NCBI RefSeq assembly: GCF_018977255.1
Contig: NW_024704742.1
Location: 58,282,001-58,346,000 of the forward strand
Source: Callorhinchus milii
Taxonomy: Eukaryota
Direction: 5' to 3'
DNA length: 64,000 nucleotides
The translations under genes were made by a program, and so were the position numbers. Positions 1 to 12,659 of this stretch are shown piece after piece. Position 1 is the stretch's first letter. Each line of letters begins with the position of its first letter. The notes beneath the pieces are model-generated. The model was not told the DNA's origin and did not search any database. It was given only the letters and a program-made list of their open reading frames with translations.

Positions 1-50
1 CAGTTTCTCGCTTACGAGGTGAGTGCTCTAACCACTGAGCTACTGGATTC
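1..50 (-). mobile_element. tRNA-derived SINE family A, head, cut by window edge
   Basis: Reverse complement of GGAATCCAGTAGCTCAGTGGTTAGAGCACTCACCTCG (A box, anticodon arm). Confidence 0.75.
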
Positions 51-929
51 CGGATCTACTCAAATTGGCCATTGTGATATTTACTCTAAGGAGACAGCCT
101 TTCAATGAATTTTTTCATACTTTAGATTGAATTTTTGTAAACACTAAGAAGCCGTTGAATCAGTAAATGTTGGATGTTATCTAAGAGTTGCCAACACTGT
201 ATTGTGGAGGCACACAGTACAGAAAGCAGTGGAGGAAGAAACCAGACTAAATCAAATCACATCCACTGTGCCCCTTTGCACACAAGGAGGCCGAATATGC
301 AGGTGCTGGTTTACATACTGTGTTAACTTTAAATTCACAGATGAATTTCCCTCTTTTAGGGTGGACATTGTAGCAGTACAAACTCTCTCTCACCTGCAAT
401 CACAGTGCACATAACATAGGGCAAATTTCCATTCTTTATTTATAATGGCCAAGCCCATTGTGTTTTGGGATCAAATAGTTAATTAACACTAGCAAAGAGC
501 ACATTTTAGATAAATAATGATAATAATAATAATCCTTGCATTTGATATAGGGCTATTCATGTCTTCTAGATCTCATGATGCAATGCCAATTTCAAAAAAC
601 AGCCACTATTGCCACTAAATGGAAGCACTTTATGACAATAATGACTTAATTCAGCATTTACATTTAAACCGGGAAGATAGAAATTTGAGTTGCCAAAGCA
701 GCTGTTTTCTTAAACCTCATGGCGAATAATGGACATGTGGGAGTAATTTCCAAGAAATAACCTCATCAAAGGTTTCAGATAACATCATAAAAGGGCATGG
801 TAAAGCCCAAGCAGTTTATAGCTGCCCTTTGAAACCTGAAATTACTCACAAATAGCTGTTATTTTTTATATAACAGATATCTCCAGATTCCCAAATAGAT
901 TTTAGAAAAAGGGCAGAAAATATACAAAT

Positions 930-1262
930 CGTTGTTAAGATGTGGAATGCCTTGTTGGGTGCGGTGGTCAAAGCAGGATCCATATTAGGTTCCAAGAGAA
1001 AACTAGATAGATAATAATATATAAATAATAATCTTTGCATTTGATATAGCACCTCATTGGTTATCAAGATGTCTCAAAGTGCTTCACAGAATATACTGTA
1101 AAATGGATTAATTGTGTATTTTGTGGATATCTGAAAAGGAATAATTTACACAGATTTGGGGAAAGAGCAGGAATTAGAACTGAATGGATTGCTCTTTCAA
1201 AGAGACAGCACCGAGATGAGCCGAATGTTCTTCTGTGCTATAAATTTTAATGGTTCTATAAC
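930..1262 (+). mobile_element. Old CR1 LINE 3' end interrupted by a minus-strand SINE tail (~1010-1130)
   Basis: gttgttaagatgtggaatgcctt ... gagatgagccgaatg ... ggttctata is a CR1-type 3' end. Confidence 0.55.
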
Positions 1263-1419
1263 AAAGTTTCTTGACAGTTTTGTTCTATTTTCATTCTCAG
1301 AAGATTAGTACAAACCACAAAATTGACTCAAGACCATATTCTCATAGGCAGGGCAATGTGATCAGAGTAGACTTGTCAAATGGCAACTTCTAAATCAGGG
1401 TATATTATATGAATATCAA

Positions 1420-1860
1420 TGCAATGTAATACAAATTGACATTTAAATATCGCACCTTTCATGTTAGGGGGCGCAACCCAAGGCACTTAACAATACTGGT
1501 TATTGTTAAGCGTCTTAGACCCATGTTTAGACCATGCTTTCAGTCACCTTTCTCCTCCCCAACCCCTCAGTTCCCACCCTCAACGGACACCTGAGCTAGG
1601 GTGGCAGAGGGGTTGGGGAGGGGAAAGATTACTGAAAGCACAGTCAAAAGGAAGGTCTTAATCGGACCTTGAATGAGGCAAGGGAGGGAGAGAACTCCAG
1701 GCTAGAGTTCCTGAGAGTGGGAGCAGATAAAATAAAAGCCCAACTGCTAATGATGGGGCAGATAGAGCAAAAGACATGAAGCAGGCACTTGCTAAAGAGC
1801 AATAAATTGAGATGCCATCTGGCGTGGAGGGTGCTATATAAATCCAAGTTGTTGTTGTTA
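1420..1860. mobile_element. Rearranged L2 3' fragments in both orientations
   Basis: Minus-strand SLASFKVRLRPSF remnant; L2 tails facing outward at both ends; (GTT)n near 1850. Confidence 0.65.
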
Positions 1861-1911
1861 TAAGTTTATCCAAAAGAAAAGTGATTGTGAGGAAAGCAAA
1901 CACACAGGTAC

Positions 1912-2041
1912 CTGCATTAGATCTTGCTTCTCTTTCTCCCCAGAAGTAATAGCCTTTTTGATCGTTTTCAGCTCAGTCAAGATGGCTTTAGCCTCCTTTA
2001 GTTCATAACCGTTCTGGACTCCAGACATCTTCCGGTCAATT
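1912..2041 (-). CDS. WWC2: WWC2-like coding exon 6 (130 bp)
   Basis: ttttccttgtAG|a ... cag|GTACCT; (E)[43 protein letters not shown]; phase continues exon 5; not in the ORF track. Confidence 0.93.
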
Positions 2042-2086
2042 CTACAAGGAAAAATTTAATTGATTGAATTGTAGAAAAGTTTAATT

Positions 2087-2148
2087 GAATCAAACCTAGG
2101 TCTCTCGCTTGCGAGGAGAGTGCTCTAACCACTGAGCTACAGAACTTC
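2087..2148 (-). mobile_element. SINE family A head fragment ~45 bp upstream of the exon 6 acceptor
   Basis: tRNA-like head TAGCTCAGTGGTTAGAGCACTCTCCTCGCAAGCGAG. Confidence 0.75.
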
Positions 2149-2339
2149 ACAATTGTATTGTAAAGGACACTCCTTTGAGGAGCTGCAAAAGTTTCCAGTC
2201 CCAATAAAAATTTATATAACAAAAATGATTCTTGCATTCAATATAGCACCTATTTTGCTTTTCTTCAGCTGGATTTCTGACACGTGCGGAAACCCATTCG
2301 TATCAGCAATGCCTCCCAAACTGCCACTAAATGAATGAA

Positions 2340-2530
2340 CAATTTATCTGGAGGATTATTCACCAGGACACTGGGAGAAACTGCCTTCTCTATTTGAATA
2401 ATGCCATGGGATCTTTAATATCCACCTGAACAGGCAGATAACATCTCGGTTTTACATATCCAAACGATGTCACTTCCGATAGTGCATATTCCCTCAACTT
2501 GGCACTGGAGTGTCAGCCTAGACTGTGAGT
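2340..2530 (-). mobile_element. Deu-domain SINE family B (SacSINE1/AmnSINE-like) fragment
   Basis: tgccatgggatctttaatatccacctgaacaggcaga ... ggagtgtcagcctaga, as recalled for Deu-SINE cores. Confidence 0.7.
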
Positions 2531-3289
2531 TCATTCCAACCTTTAGACCTGGAAGGGCACAAGGAGGAAATCAGGGGGTCGGGGGAGTGGGGGGAATAGG
2601 CCTTGAAATTTCTCAGAGCCAACTATTTCAGGGCTGAGCAAAACAGCAAGCTTCCAATTAGAGCAAAGATGGCCTTGTCAAAGCCCCGCTTTGGGTATTT
2701 GTAGCAAGAAGTCAGCGGATGCCAATCTGAGGAGTCTTTGTGTTTCACTACTGCACAAATATATCTGTTTGTAGTAAATTCAACAACATAAGGTAATAAT
2801 ACAAAAATCCAGCCTTTCCATCAGAATATTGTTTTGTTGTGGTATTTTGTTAATAATTACCCAAACATATTTTGGATTCCTATCCAAACTGCAGGTAAAC
2901 ACACCATACCTAACAATACTTCAATGTTAAACTGATATAATCAAAACAATCTTCTTGGCTAAACTTTAACCAGTTTATAAGTAACCTTATTAATCATATT
3001 ACAGTATTTTGGTTTTAATTTTGATTTGCTCTGAGACTTGGCAGCTTCACTGGCATTATCCACAAGCCTTTATAAATTTGAACCTCAGCCTCACTTGCTA
3101 TCTGTATGTGGGTGCTTTTATTAGGCAAACACAATACAGTCAAATTTACATTCTATACCACTTTTCACATCAGGAGGACATCTCAAAGAGCATATGGTGG
3201 TTGAAAAGTGACCAAATCAGTTCCATTTTGTATGAGTGTGCCATAAATTTAAAATTGGATTGAAAAATGTAATTTAGAATAATATTTTT

Positions 3290-3730
3290 AGATGCATCAA
3301 GAGAGCAGAACAAGAGGACGCAGACTTTGGGTCCCAAAGGGCAATTTCAGGACAATCACCAGGAAGTACTTCTTTACCCAGAGGATAAGTAATGACAGGA
3401 ATAGGTTATCAGGAAGAGTAGTTAAGACCAGATCGCTAGACTTACTTAAAAAAACATTTGGATGCTGTGATGGAAGGATGGTAGGGTGAGTATCTGGGAG
3501 AGTTGAGATGAAATGGCACATCTCAAAATGTACCTCTTTAACCACATTTTCAGTTATCTTTCCTCTCCCACCTCCCCTGTATTCCACACCCAACTCAGCA
3601 GACCACCCAGCTTTGTCAGGCACTTTGAGACATCCTCTTGACATGAAAGATGCTATATACATGTGTATTGTATTGTAAATGGGCCGAATGGCCCATTTAC
3701 AATACAATACATCTGAACCCTCTTCATCTG
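3290..3730 (+). mobile_element. Old CR1 3' fragment with an embedded L2 tail
   Basis: ORF 3292..3489 RTRG..L...FRT..RKYFFTQR resembles the CR1 ORF2 C-terminus. Confidence 0.7.
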
Positions 3731-3869
3731 AACCCTCCTTGTGATCATCTGGTTAATTGCCCAGAATAAGCTTGGAGGGTCTACTTTTGGTCAGTGCAAG
3801 GCTCACGTGGGCAATAATAACCCACTGCTAGTTACCAAAATTGGTGAACTGTGTATTTTCTAGACAACA

Positions 3870-4149
3870 TATATGAAACATTTGTGGGCGAAACGCGGCA
3901 GCCAATTGTGCACAGCAGTGTCCCACAAATAGTCATGGATTGAGTGACCAAATTATTATTTATTTTTAAGGGATTATTACTCCCAGAAAAGTGGTCTGCC
4001 AATCGACTAACAACCGGGTTCTACTTACTGCTAGGAAAACAGAGGCGTGTAGAGTAAGGAAACTTGGCCAACGTTTCTCCCTGCCGGGAATCAAACCCAA
4101 GTCCTCTCGCTTGCGAGGTCAGTGTTCTAACCCAAAGCTACAGGACTCC
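3870..4149 (-). mobile_element. SINE family A (long form)
   Basis: tRNA head, gtttccttactc core, tgtgggacactgctgtgcacaattggctgccgcg segment. Confidence 0.85.
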
Positions 4150-4307
4150 ATATTAATATATAATAATAATATTATATATTAACATAAATACATTATATAT
4201 TTACTACCGGTGACACAAAAGTTTGTTACACCCATTTTGATGTTTTAAATCAAAATTTAAATTAACCTCATACTTAGCGCAATGGCTTTAAGATGTGAGA
4301 AACTTAC

Positions 4308-4387
4308 TCCTGTAGGGTTTCAAACCCTTGCTCTTTGTACAACAGCTCTTGTTTCATCTGGGAAAGCTCCCTCTTCAGTTTGTTGAC
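4308..4387 (-). CDS. WWC2: WWC2-like coding exon 5 (80 bp)
   Basis: ctcaccAG|gtc ... cag ga|GTAAGT; VNKLKRELSQMKQELLYKEQGFETLQ(E); overlaps ORF 4304..4495. Confidence 0.95.
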
Positions 4388-4839
4388 CTGGTGAGGAACG
4401 GACAGAAAAAGAAAACAAAAATTAAACACAACCCTGGAGAAGGAGCAGGTGAAATGGGACCACGTGATAAGCCCTTTTCCCCCCCACTCTGTCATAAAAG
4501 GGAGGCTGCACTGTTATGGGAGCAATAAGGAAAACAGCTCCTCCTCACATTCTCTGCAAGAGGGAGCAATCTAAGGCATGCTTCATATTCCCAAATGCTC
4601 TCTCATATTCACAACTAATTCAGCCACAACCTCACTTCTTTCATTCAAAGTATATACAACCCTGCCAGCAAAGTAAAAGTGCATGTTGTACCATGTAAAC
4701 GGATCCCCAACACTAGTGCGTGTTACATTCTTGAAAACATTTTTTAGCAAACATTTTAAAAATTACATTTTAGAGAATGATTTCTCATTCACTTCTTTGT
4801 TACCTCTTGCCTAGACTTTGCAAACACACTACTCACTGG

Positions 4840-5336
4840 TCTGTTGAGCTCCAGCATCCATAAACTCCAGCTAATCTAAAACTCCGACACTCACATCCTT
4901 ACCCACAACCAGCTCCACACACACAGACACATCATCCAGTCCTCACCAGTCTTCCTGGGTCTCAATGGATTGATTTCATGATTCAGACTTTGACCAAACA
5001 CCTCCCTCTCTCTGATCTTCCCCTACCTCACACCTCTGCTTGCCCATTTCACTTAGCTAACTCGGGCTTGCTGCTTACCTGCCCCCTCTCTGCCACCATT
5101 GGTGGCCAAGCTTTCAGGTACTATGCTCCCAACCTATGGAACTCTGTGCCCATAACCCTCTGTCTCATCTCTTCTGTATCTGTCTGTAAGTTTCGCCTTA
5201 AAACCCACTGCTGCGATCGCGCCTATGGTCACCTCTCTCTCCCCCTTCTCCCTTGCTTGGCGTCAAACACAATCTTTGTAAAGAGCTCTGAGATGTCCTA
5301 TTTGAAGGGTGCTATATAAATGCAAGTTGTTGTTAC
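4840..5336 (+). mobile_element. Old L2 LINE 3' end
   Basis: ORF 4978..5319 TIGGQAFRYYAPNLWNSVP...FRLKTH; tail gtgctatataaatgcaagttgttgtt. Confidence 0.85.
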
Positions 5337-5736
5337 TGAAAGCATTTTGCAACAAGATATTAGATGGTGGTTCGACATAAAATATAATATTGCAAAATTG
5401 TATGAAAATGTTTCCACCACCTTAGCATGGGTTGGGTGGGGCGGAGGGAAGTCTGGCATATAGTAACTGTCCTGCTTTGATCCTATCTCTGTACAAACCC
5501 CTCTCACAGGTGAATGCTACACATGAACTTCAACTTGACATTTTTCCTGTGAGTACTCAATCTTTCGAGGGAACAAATGGAACCTCTTGGAGGCTCCATG
5601 GAGTGTCTCAGGTTCCTGGAAGTCAAGGAGCTAAATGCATCACTGATCGAAAAACCAAGGTTCTTAATTGCTACTTAGAAATCTTTGAGTCAAATCCCTT
5701 CAGAAAAATAATCTTTGTTAGCATGGTTGTTCTTAC

Positions 5737-5813
5737 CCTGACTTTTGTGGTGGATATTTCTGCCTTGAGGATATCAGGGTCATATTTAGTACTTGATGAA
5801 GATCCTGAGAACA
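5737..5813 (-). CDS. WWC2: WWC2-like coding exon 4 (77 bp)
   Basis: cttgcAG|tg ... agg|GTAAGA; (L)[25 protein letters not shown]; phase continues exon 3. Confidence 0.95.
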
Positions 5814-8124
5814 CTGCAAGAAATGAACAATGAATATCAATCTATGTTATACTATGGATAAATCTGCCCTCCTTTTCCTTTTTTTAAAAAAAAATTGCTC
5901 CCATTGGCATATGCTTCCCTCTGGGATCCTGCCGAAGTAGGCAGTGTTCATGCATGAGCCTTGGTAATGCGTTTCCCCAGCTCACTCGACAATGGAGGAC
6001 CAGGCCTAACCTCTCCTCATCCAGGTGCCCCACAAGCTTTCTACCAGTAGAAGGTGCTGTAGAGGGACTAGAACAGGAACCCCTGGCTTGTTTTCTCCTC
6101 CCTAACCCTGGGAATGTCAGATGACGATTCAGCTTCCCATGCAACCCTGGCTGTGTAGGTGGCATAAATATTGTGGAATTCACAGTTTAGTTTAGACATT
6201 CTTAAATATGGTGATGGGTTTTTGTGTGTATCAGACACCCAGCTGACCAATGTTTTTTCAACAACTGAGAATTAAGAGTGAACGGGAATTCCTGTGCTCT
6301 GGCTGATGACAGCAGATCATTAGTGATTTGTTTCGGTCTGTACTGTACTTAGTGTCCTTCATTATAACAAAGCTCTCACTGAGCTCACCCTTCTCTATTT
6401 TCGCTCCCAAAGCAGAGTGAGTGATGTGTTTTTGTTTCAGGAGAGAAAGATATAATAGACCTGTCATTGGGAGTGGTGTTAATCAGCATGTATTACCCAG
6501 CAATAGGCAGCATACCAAAACATTTTCAACATTTTTTTCCTCTCTCCATCCGCACGGAATGATGCATCATCTTCAGGAATGTATCTCAGGAATTTTATTA
6601 TTGACCAGACATCTACAAAGTTTGTTTACATGGACTATGTGAGAAAGCAGGAACTGCTGGAAGTTTGAGTAAAGCAAACATCTTACCTAAGTTTCCTGGT
6701 AAGGAATGAGGACACCAAGCTAACCTTCCTAGGGAGGAGGGGGAAGACTTCAATTGTAACATCCCTGGTGCTGCTGTTATTTGAGATCAGATAACCTTGG
6801 ACCATCTTGGTCTGTGTGGCTCAGTTAATCTCTGTATATATTTCACCCACAAAATATAGAGTCAATACATTTCACAGTATATTCTGTGAAGTGCTTTGAG
6901 ACATTCCAATGATGTGATAAGGCGCTATATCAAATGCAAGGATTACTATTAGCTGAATTATCAGGAGACGTATTTTGTAGTGAAAGGTCTTGCTAGTTAT
7001 GAACTAAGAAATGTGGGCAACACATTTTACAAGTTGGCAGTAATTCGGTAATATATGGAAGTGTGCCATACTATCAAATGTCTATGGAAAACAGCATGTC
7101 TCTCTGGAAACTTCTATAGTACAGTGTTGAGCAGAGCTGGGTTTAAGTACTGAATAAAACTTCTGATGAATGTAACTTTGTTGAGGTTCATATATATTTA
7201 AAAAGTTCTTCTCTTACAAAACGAGAAATAGAATCAACACCTGAATTCTGTGAAACCCAAGTCAGTCTCTAGCTCAGGAGGTTACACTTGGGATTGATTA
7301 TTGTTGTTGTAAGACCATCTTGTACAAGTGTCAAACAACCGACTAATCCCAGGAGACACCGAGCATGTCCAAATGTGTGGTTTCTCTCTTTCTTCACCCT
7401 GTATTCTTTGACATATTACATAATCTTCATCAAAGAGAGCTGCAGCCCAGAGCTGTCCTGCCAAACTAATTCAAATAGATTTATGTAAAAATGTCTAATA
7501 TGAATTTATCTAGATCTGTCTTGTATAGATTTGTCAGCAAGAGAAAATAAAATAAATTAAATTTTTATAGCATGCAATTGGAAGGCTGTAATTGGGCTGT
7601 GGGGAACATGGAATTTGTATGTTTTCTAGATACCTGCCAAAAAATTACTTCAAAGGTAAAATGTTAAAATGTTAAATAGCTGTTCTGGTGACCAGGGATC
7701 AAATTCTCTAGGTTCACAACTTTTAAACAAAGATGACTGTGAGAAACCTGAGGGAGAAATCATTTTCCTGAAGTCCTGGGGGTATTCAATCCCAAATCTG
7801 TCTTTAAGGGCAGTTTTCAGTCGATAAAATGCTTCTCACATATCACTGGTGATGATGAATAAATATTTTTAGGAATACTGCAATTTTGCCCCGTACAGTT
7901 TCAGACTACTTTCTTGCACTTTAAGTAACACAGACACTCAGTTAGCAGCTTCATTTGAAAATTTAAAACTGGAAACATATACAAGCACAGAATAAATAGC
8001 ACCAAAAGGAATCAACCAAGAACTATCACAGTTATTAACTCACATGGATAATAGTTAGATGTCTACTGAGTTCTCAGTCCACTACCAACTGTCTGCTGGT
8101 CACCATTTATCTTACAGTACTTAC

Positions 8125-8328
8125 AACTTGTGCGGGAGCTGGACTTGTCCTTCCAAACATCATTCAAGCGCATGTACTCATCAATGGCTAGAGCCAGTCG
8201 CTGCTCTTTCACTTGGTACAGTTCTTTCTGAGTGCTGAGGGCATCCTGGGCCACCATCAGATAGTCTTTCAGCATTCTCTCCTGCTCCTTCCTCCATTGT
8301 GCCCGTGGGTCCTCTAACTGTGTAGTTT
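8125..8328 (-). CDS. WWC2: WWC2-like coding exon 3 (204 bp; end of WW2, start of coiled coil)
   Basis: tttcAG|aa ... agt t|[96 protein letters not shown] matches WWC2 as I recall it better than WWC1; overlaps ORF 8063..8275. Confidence 0.95.
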
Positions 8329-8884
8329 CTGAAATGTAAAGTTGTCATTCCATCATATCAGTCTGAGCGAGAGTACAAATGATTCAAGACACAGCACCTT
8401 GAAGAGCAACCGCCTGCATTATGGTCACTTCATGAAGTCAGACTGAGCGGTTATGGGTTTAACAAGGTGTCACAGAATCAGTTATTTACAGCACAGAAGG
8501 AGGCCATTTGGCCCATTGAGTCTGCACCGGCTCTCAGAGCAAGATGTTCATTCAATCCCACTGCCCTGCCTTATTATTATAGTTCTTGAAGCTTCTTTAT
8601 TTCATATTCCTGTTTACTTTCCTCTTGAAACCTTACTTGTGCAGGGCATTCCACATCTTAACAACTATCCGAATGAAAAAACATGGGTCGTTCTCTTAGC
8701 TAAAATTATGATTTGCATACCTTATTAATTCAAAAAGAACAACTTGCATTGATATCGTGCCCTTCATGTATAGCAACATCTCAGATCACTTTACAGTGCT
8801 GGACACTGAGCATTGAGGATGGGGAAGAGGAGTGAGGTGACTCTAGGTAATGGTCAAAGAGGCAGATGTTTAGGCAGGTTTTTG

Positions 8885-9565
8885 AAGATCTGGCTCCAAA
8901 GTGACATGCTCGCCAATCAGAATCAAGTCGATCCTCTGTGACAATCTCGGTAATCCGGTTCCTGAGCCAGGCAGATCTGTAGTACTCCAAGGCACTCCTG
9001 ATGACAAACCAACAAGCTTGTTCCATCCGCAGGACTTGGAAGAGCAGACCGATCTCAGGGAACAGGGATTCTTCCCACACATCACTTCTTAACCCTAAAA
9101 GCCTAATAGGTAGGGTGGTCCTCGTTGGACAAGCAATAGGAAGCTTGCCAGACCATACTCATAATGTCAATCTACACAGTTTTATCTAACTCCAGCAATA
9201 CTCACTGCAGAATCCCCCAAGTTTGGGCTCTTCCTAACCTGTGCTTAACTTAGGTAGCATTAATTAATTAACATAAATTATTTCCTATTCCTTCCTATTT
9301 CCAAGCTATGGTTAGACTCCAGCAGTATTCCAACGCACACTCTGGGGTCCCCAAGACTTGCCTCTCGCTAACCTGCACCTAATACTTTCCAGAATTAGGT
9401 AAGAAGAATGCATCCCTCCAGGGCGAAAATTCACATTCCATTCCAACAATTTATCTCTGGGATCTCCATGTGTAGGTGGGATACATGAAAATCTCATCTT
9501 GGTTTGGATACTGTTAAGCATGGTGATGGGATTCTGCATGTGTCAGACACCCCACTGACCAGAAA
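8885..9565 (+). repeat. Unclassified ~590-bp dispersed repeat (family U)
   Basis: Colinear with 23253-23835(-); ends gcatgtgtcagacacccccactgacca. Confidence 0.75.
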
Positions 9566-9666
9566 CAATTTTTCCTATTTGGGGAGCTCTATCATCTTTA
9601 TGAAGTGTTTGAGCTGTTCACGTGCAAATTGTTGTGATCAATGCACCATGCAGATTACAAAGCAAA

Positions 9667-9999
9667 AATAATCTTTGAATTTGATACAGTGCCTAATCAC
9701 ATCTTCGAGATGTCTCAAAGTGCTTCACATAATATACTGTAAAGTGAACTGACTGTATATTTTGTGGGCGAAACACAGCAGCCAATTGCGCACAGCAGTG
9801 TCCCACAAACAGTCATGGATTGAATGACCAAATCATTATTTTTTTTAAAAATTGGGGGGAATTGGGTTCCTACTTACTGCTAGGTAAACAGAGGTGTGTG
9901 GAGTAAGGAAACTTGCCAAACGTTTCACCCTGCCGGGAATCAAACCCAGGTCCTCTCGCTTGCGAGGCGAGTGCTCTAATCACTAAGCTACAGGATTCC
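9667..9999 (-). mobile_element. SINE family A (long form)
   Basis: Head with CTCGC-CTCGCAA-GCGAG anticodon arm, core and tail present. Confidence 0.88.
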
Positions 10000-11146
10000 A
10001 AAGCAAGATGATATGTCTAGTAGCAGGACTGCAAGCATCTTTTTTAAAGACCGATTCATTATTTATAATCCCAATCCTAGACTCTGGAAAACTGAATGCC
10101 TTATTAGAATCCACAGCAAGCTTCCAGCCTCAAGCTCAGAAGGGAGAAAATAAACAGACAGTTTGATTTTACTCCTCTAAACCGAGTGGTGCAGAACAAT
10201 TTGCCTAAGGAGTCAGATAGTATCAACAGTTACAAGAAGAAGCCAGAAATAGAGAAGGGCATCTGGGGGCTATGTGGTATACAGACAGATGGTACAGTAT
10301 TTTAAAATTGGAATCTTCAAAATATACTGTAATGGTCTTTTCCTGTCTTGAACATTCCAACGTTGCTCTATATACTCTCCTGATGTCAATTCTTGTCCTG
10401 GAGTACAGACAATATTAAGAAGAGGCAGAAGGTTTTTGCTCTGAAATCAGACGGGAATAAATATTTCCCAGTTCTGACTGTTTTTGTAAATTAACAATCA
10501 ACATGAATTTGTAGTGTATGTTCAGGCAGATTTTCCTCGGACTGAGCTACTCATTAAAAATCACTTGTTATTAATTTTTCAAAAGTATAGTCCATAAGAG
10601 CACAAACTTATCGCAAATGGAGGTAGACTGCAGTACTTTTTATCACATTGAATGTGTTGGGGAGGATCAACTCCAATATCTTTCTCTGAATTTAAACTTG
10701 GATTAAGGCCTGATACCAGTTTGTAGGATGCCATCGTGAACTCTAGCCCTGTGTCCTCTCCCACACCATCTTTGCTCAGATACATTAGCTCCCCATCTAC
10801 ATCAAATTCCAGATCCTAGTTCTCAAGTTAAAATCCCTTTACAGACCTCACGCCACCCTTCCTCCTGTCTTCGACTACCAAAATACACTTTTACTTGAGG
10901 TTAAAGACTCTATATCAAATGCAATAATCATTATTTTATTATTATCTTCAAAACCCACTTTGCGACCAAGCTTTTTGATGTCATTTTCAGTCATTTTCCA
11001 CCACTCCTCAGCTTCCCTCCCCCATTACAAGCTCCCAGTATGAGATTTCCTTCCAAAATAAAAAGGGTTATATAATTGTAAATTGTAAGTTATTGCACCT
11101 GCTTTTGAAAGTTTGTTTGTCTCTAAACGACATAGTCTCTACATTT

Positions 11147-11469
11147 GGAGTCCTGTGGCTCAGTGGTTAGAGCACTCGCTTTGCAAGTGAGAGACCTGAG
11201 TTCAATTCCAGGCAGAGGGCGAAACCTTGGGCAAGTTTCCTTACTCCACACAGAGCCTAATAATAATCCCTCCAAAACCCAAAACAATAATAAAATTGGT
11301 CATTTTCAATCTACGACTGTTTGTGGGACATTGCTGTGCGCAATTGGCTGCCGCGTTTGCCCACAAATATACAGTCAATTCACTTTACAGTGTACTCTGT
11401 GAAGCGCTTTGGGACGTCCTCCCGACGTGAAAAGCGCTATACCAAATGCAAGGATTATTATTTATTATT
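11147..11469 (+). mobile_element. SINE family A, young short form, full length
   Basis: GGAGTCCTGTGGCTCAGTGGTTAGAGC A box, GAGTTCAATTCC B box, tail cgtgaaaagcgctataccaaatgcaagg(ATT)n. Confidence 0.92.
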
Positions 11470-11703
11470 ACACTTTACAGTATATCCTGTTAAGTGCTTT
11501 GGGATGCCCCTGCTAACTGAAAGACGCTACATGAAAGGCAAGAATTATTATTACTACATACTAAAAATCCAGTATCCCACTAAACAGCAATCAGAATGCA
11601 ATGCAATGGCTAAGAAATTTGCAGCAGATATGGACAGAGCAGTTTTAGCCATTCCATGTTCCTTTTAAACATTTAATGGACTTTGAAATGTATTTGGCGT
11701 TGA

Positions 11704-11975
11704 ACAACAGCACAATTACATTTGTATAGCACCTTTCACTTTGGGAGTACGTCCCAAGATGCTGGACAATAAGTGTTTTGGACCCAAGCTGGGGGTCAGG
11801 ATCGGGAAGTGTGGAGGGCGTGTGGGGAAAGAGGGCTACCGAACGCACGATCGAAGAGGAGGGTGTTGAGATGGGTCTTGATGGAGGCAATGGAGGGGTG
11901 AGGCGGAGGGACTGCGGATTGGAGTTCCAGACGGTGGGGGCAGAGTGACAGAAGATCCGTCCGCTAATGGTGAAG
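11704..11975 (-). mobile_element. L2 3' end
   Basis: Purine-rich plus strand; minus strand resembles the L2 ORF2 C-terminus plus tail. Confidence 0.8.
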
Positions 11976-11981
11976 ATTTGT

Positions 11982-12326
11982 GGAGTCCTGTAGCTTAGTG
12001 GTTAGAGCACTCGCCTCACAAGCGAGAGGACCTGGGTTGGTTTGATTCCCAGGCAGGGTGAAACATAGGGCAAGTTTCCTTACTCCACATGCCTCTGTTT
12101 ACCAGCAGGAAGTAAAAACACAGTTGTTAAAGTCGATTGGCGGGTGTAAGAATCCCTTTAAAAGTTTATTTTTAAAAAATTATTTGGTCACTCATGATTG
12201 TTTGTGGGACACCAATGTGCAATCGCCTGCCAGATTTTGCCCACAAAATATCATCAACTCACTTTACAGTAAGTATAGTCTGTGAAGCGCTTTCAGAATT
12301 CTCAAAGACAAGGATTATTATTATTA
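11982..12326 (+). mobile_element. SINE family A (long form)
   Basis: Head GGAGTCCTGTAGCTTAGTGGTTAGAGC through (ATT)n tail. Confidence 0.85.
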
Positions 12327-12659
12327 AGATTGCTCCATCATCTTTGTCCACAGCACAATAATCCTACAAGCACAGTGTGATTAAAATCTGTAAACAATGC
12401 ACTTACAGATTGCATTTTACAGCTGTATTAAATCTCTTCACTGAAAGATCCAACCCACTAGTGTCAGCCTAAACTGACTGTAGGTAATTGCTGTCAAGTG
12501 TAGTGACTACGAATTTACAACAAACACTTCAATCAATTTCTACTAAATATCCCACAAATACTGAATGGCCAATTGATCTGCAGAATTGTTGGCCAGGACA
12601 CCAGGAGATATTCCCTTCTATTTTTGGAAAGCATCTTGATGGGATCTTTAGTGTATAAC

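Noticed and set aside
1..1911. WWC2 exon 7
   Set aside because: No SLAKL..-like exon with splice sites was found; it presumably lies beyond the left edge.
5432..5833. Plus-strand 133-aa ORF antisense to exon 4
   Set aside because: No recognisable domain; consistent with a chance or shadow ORF.
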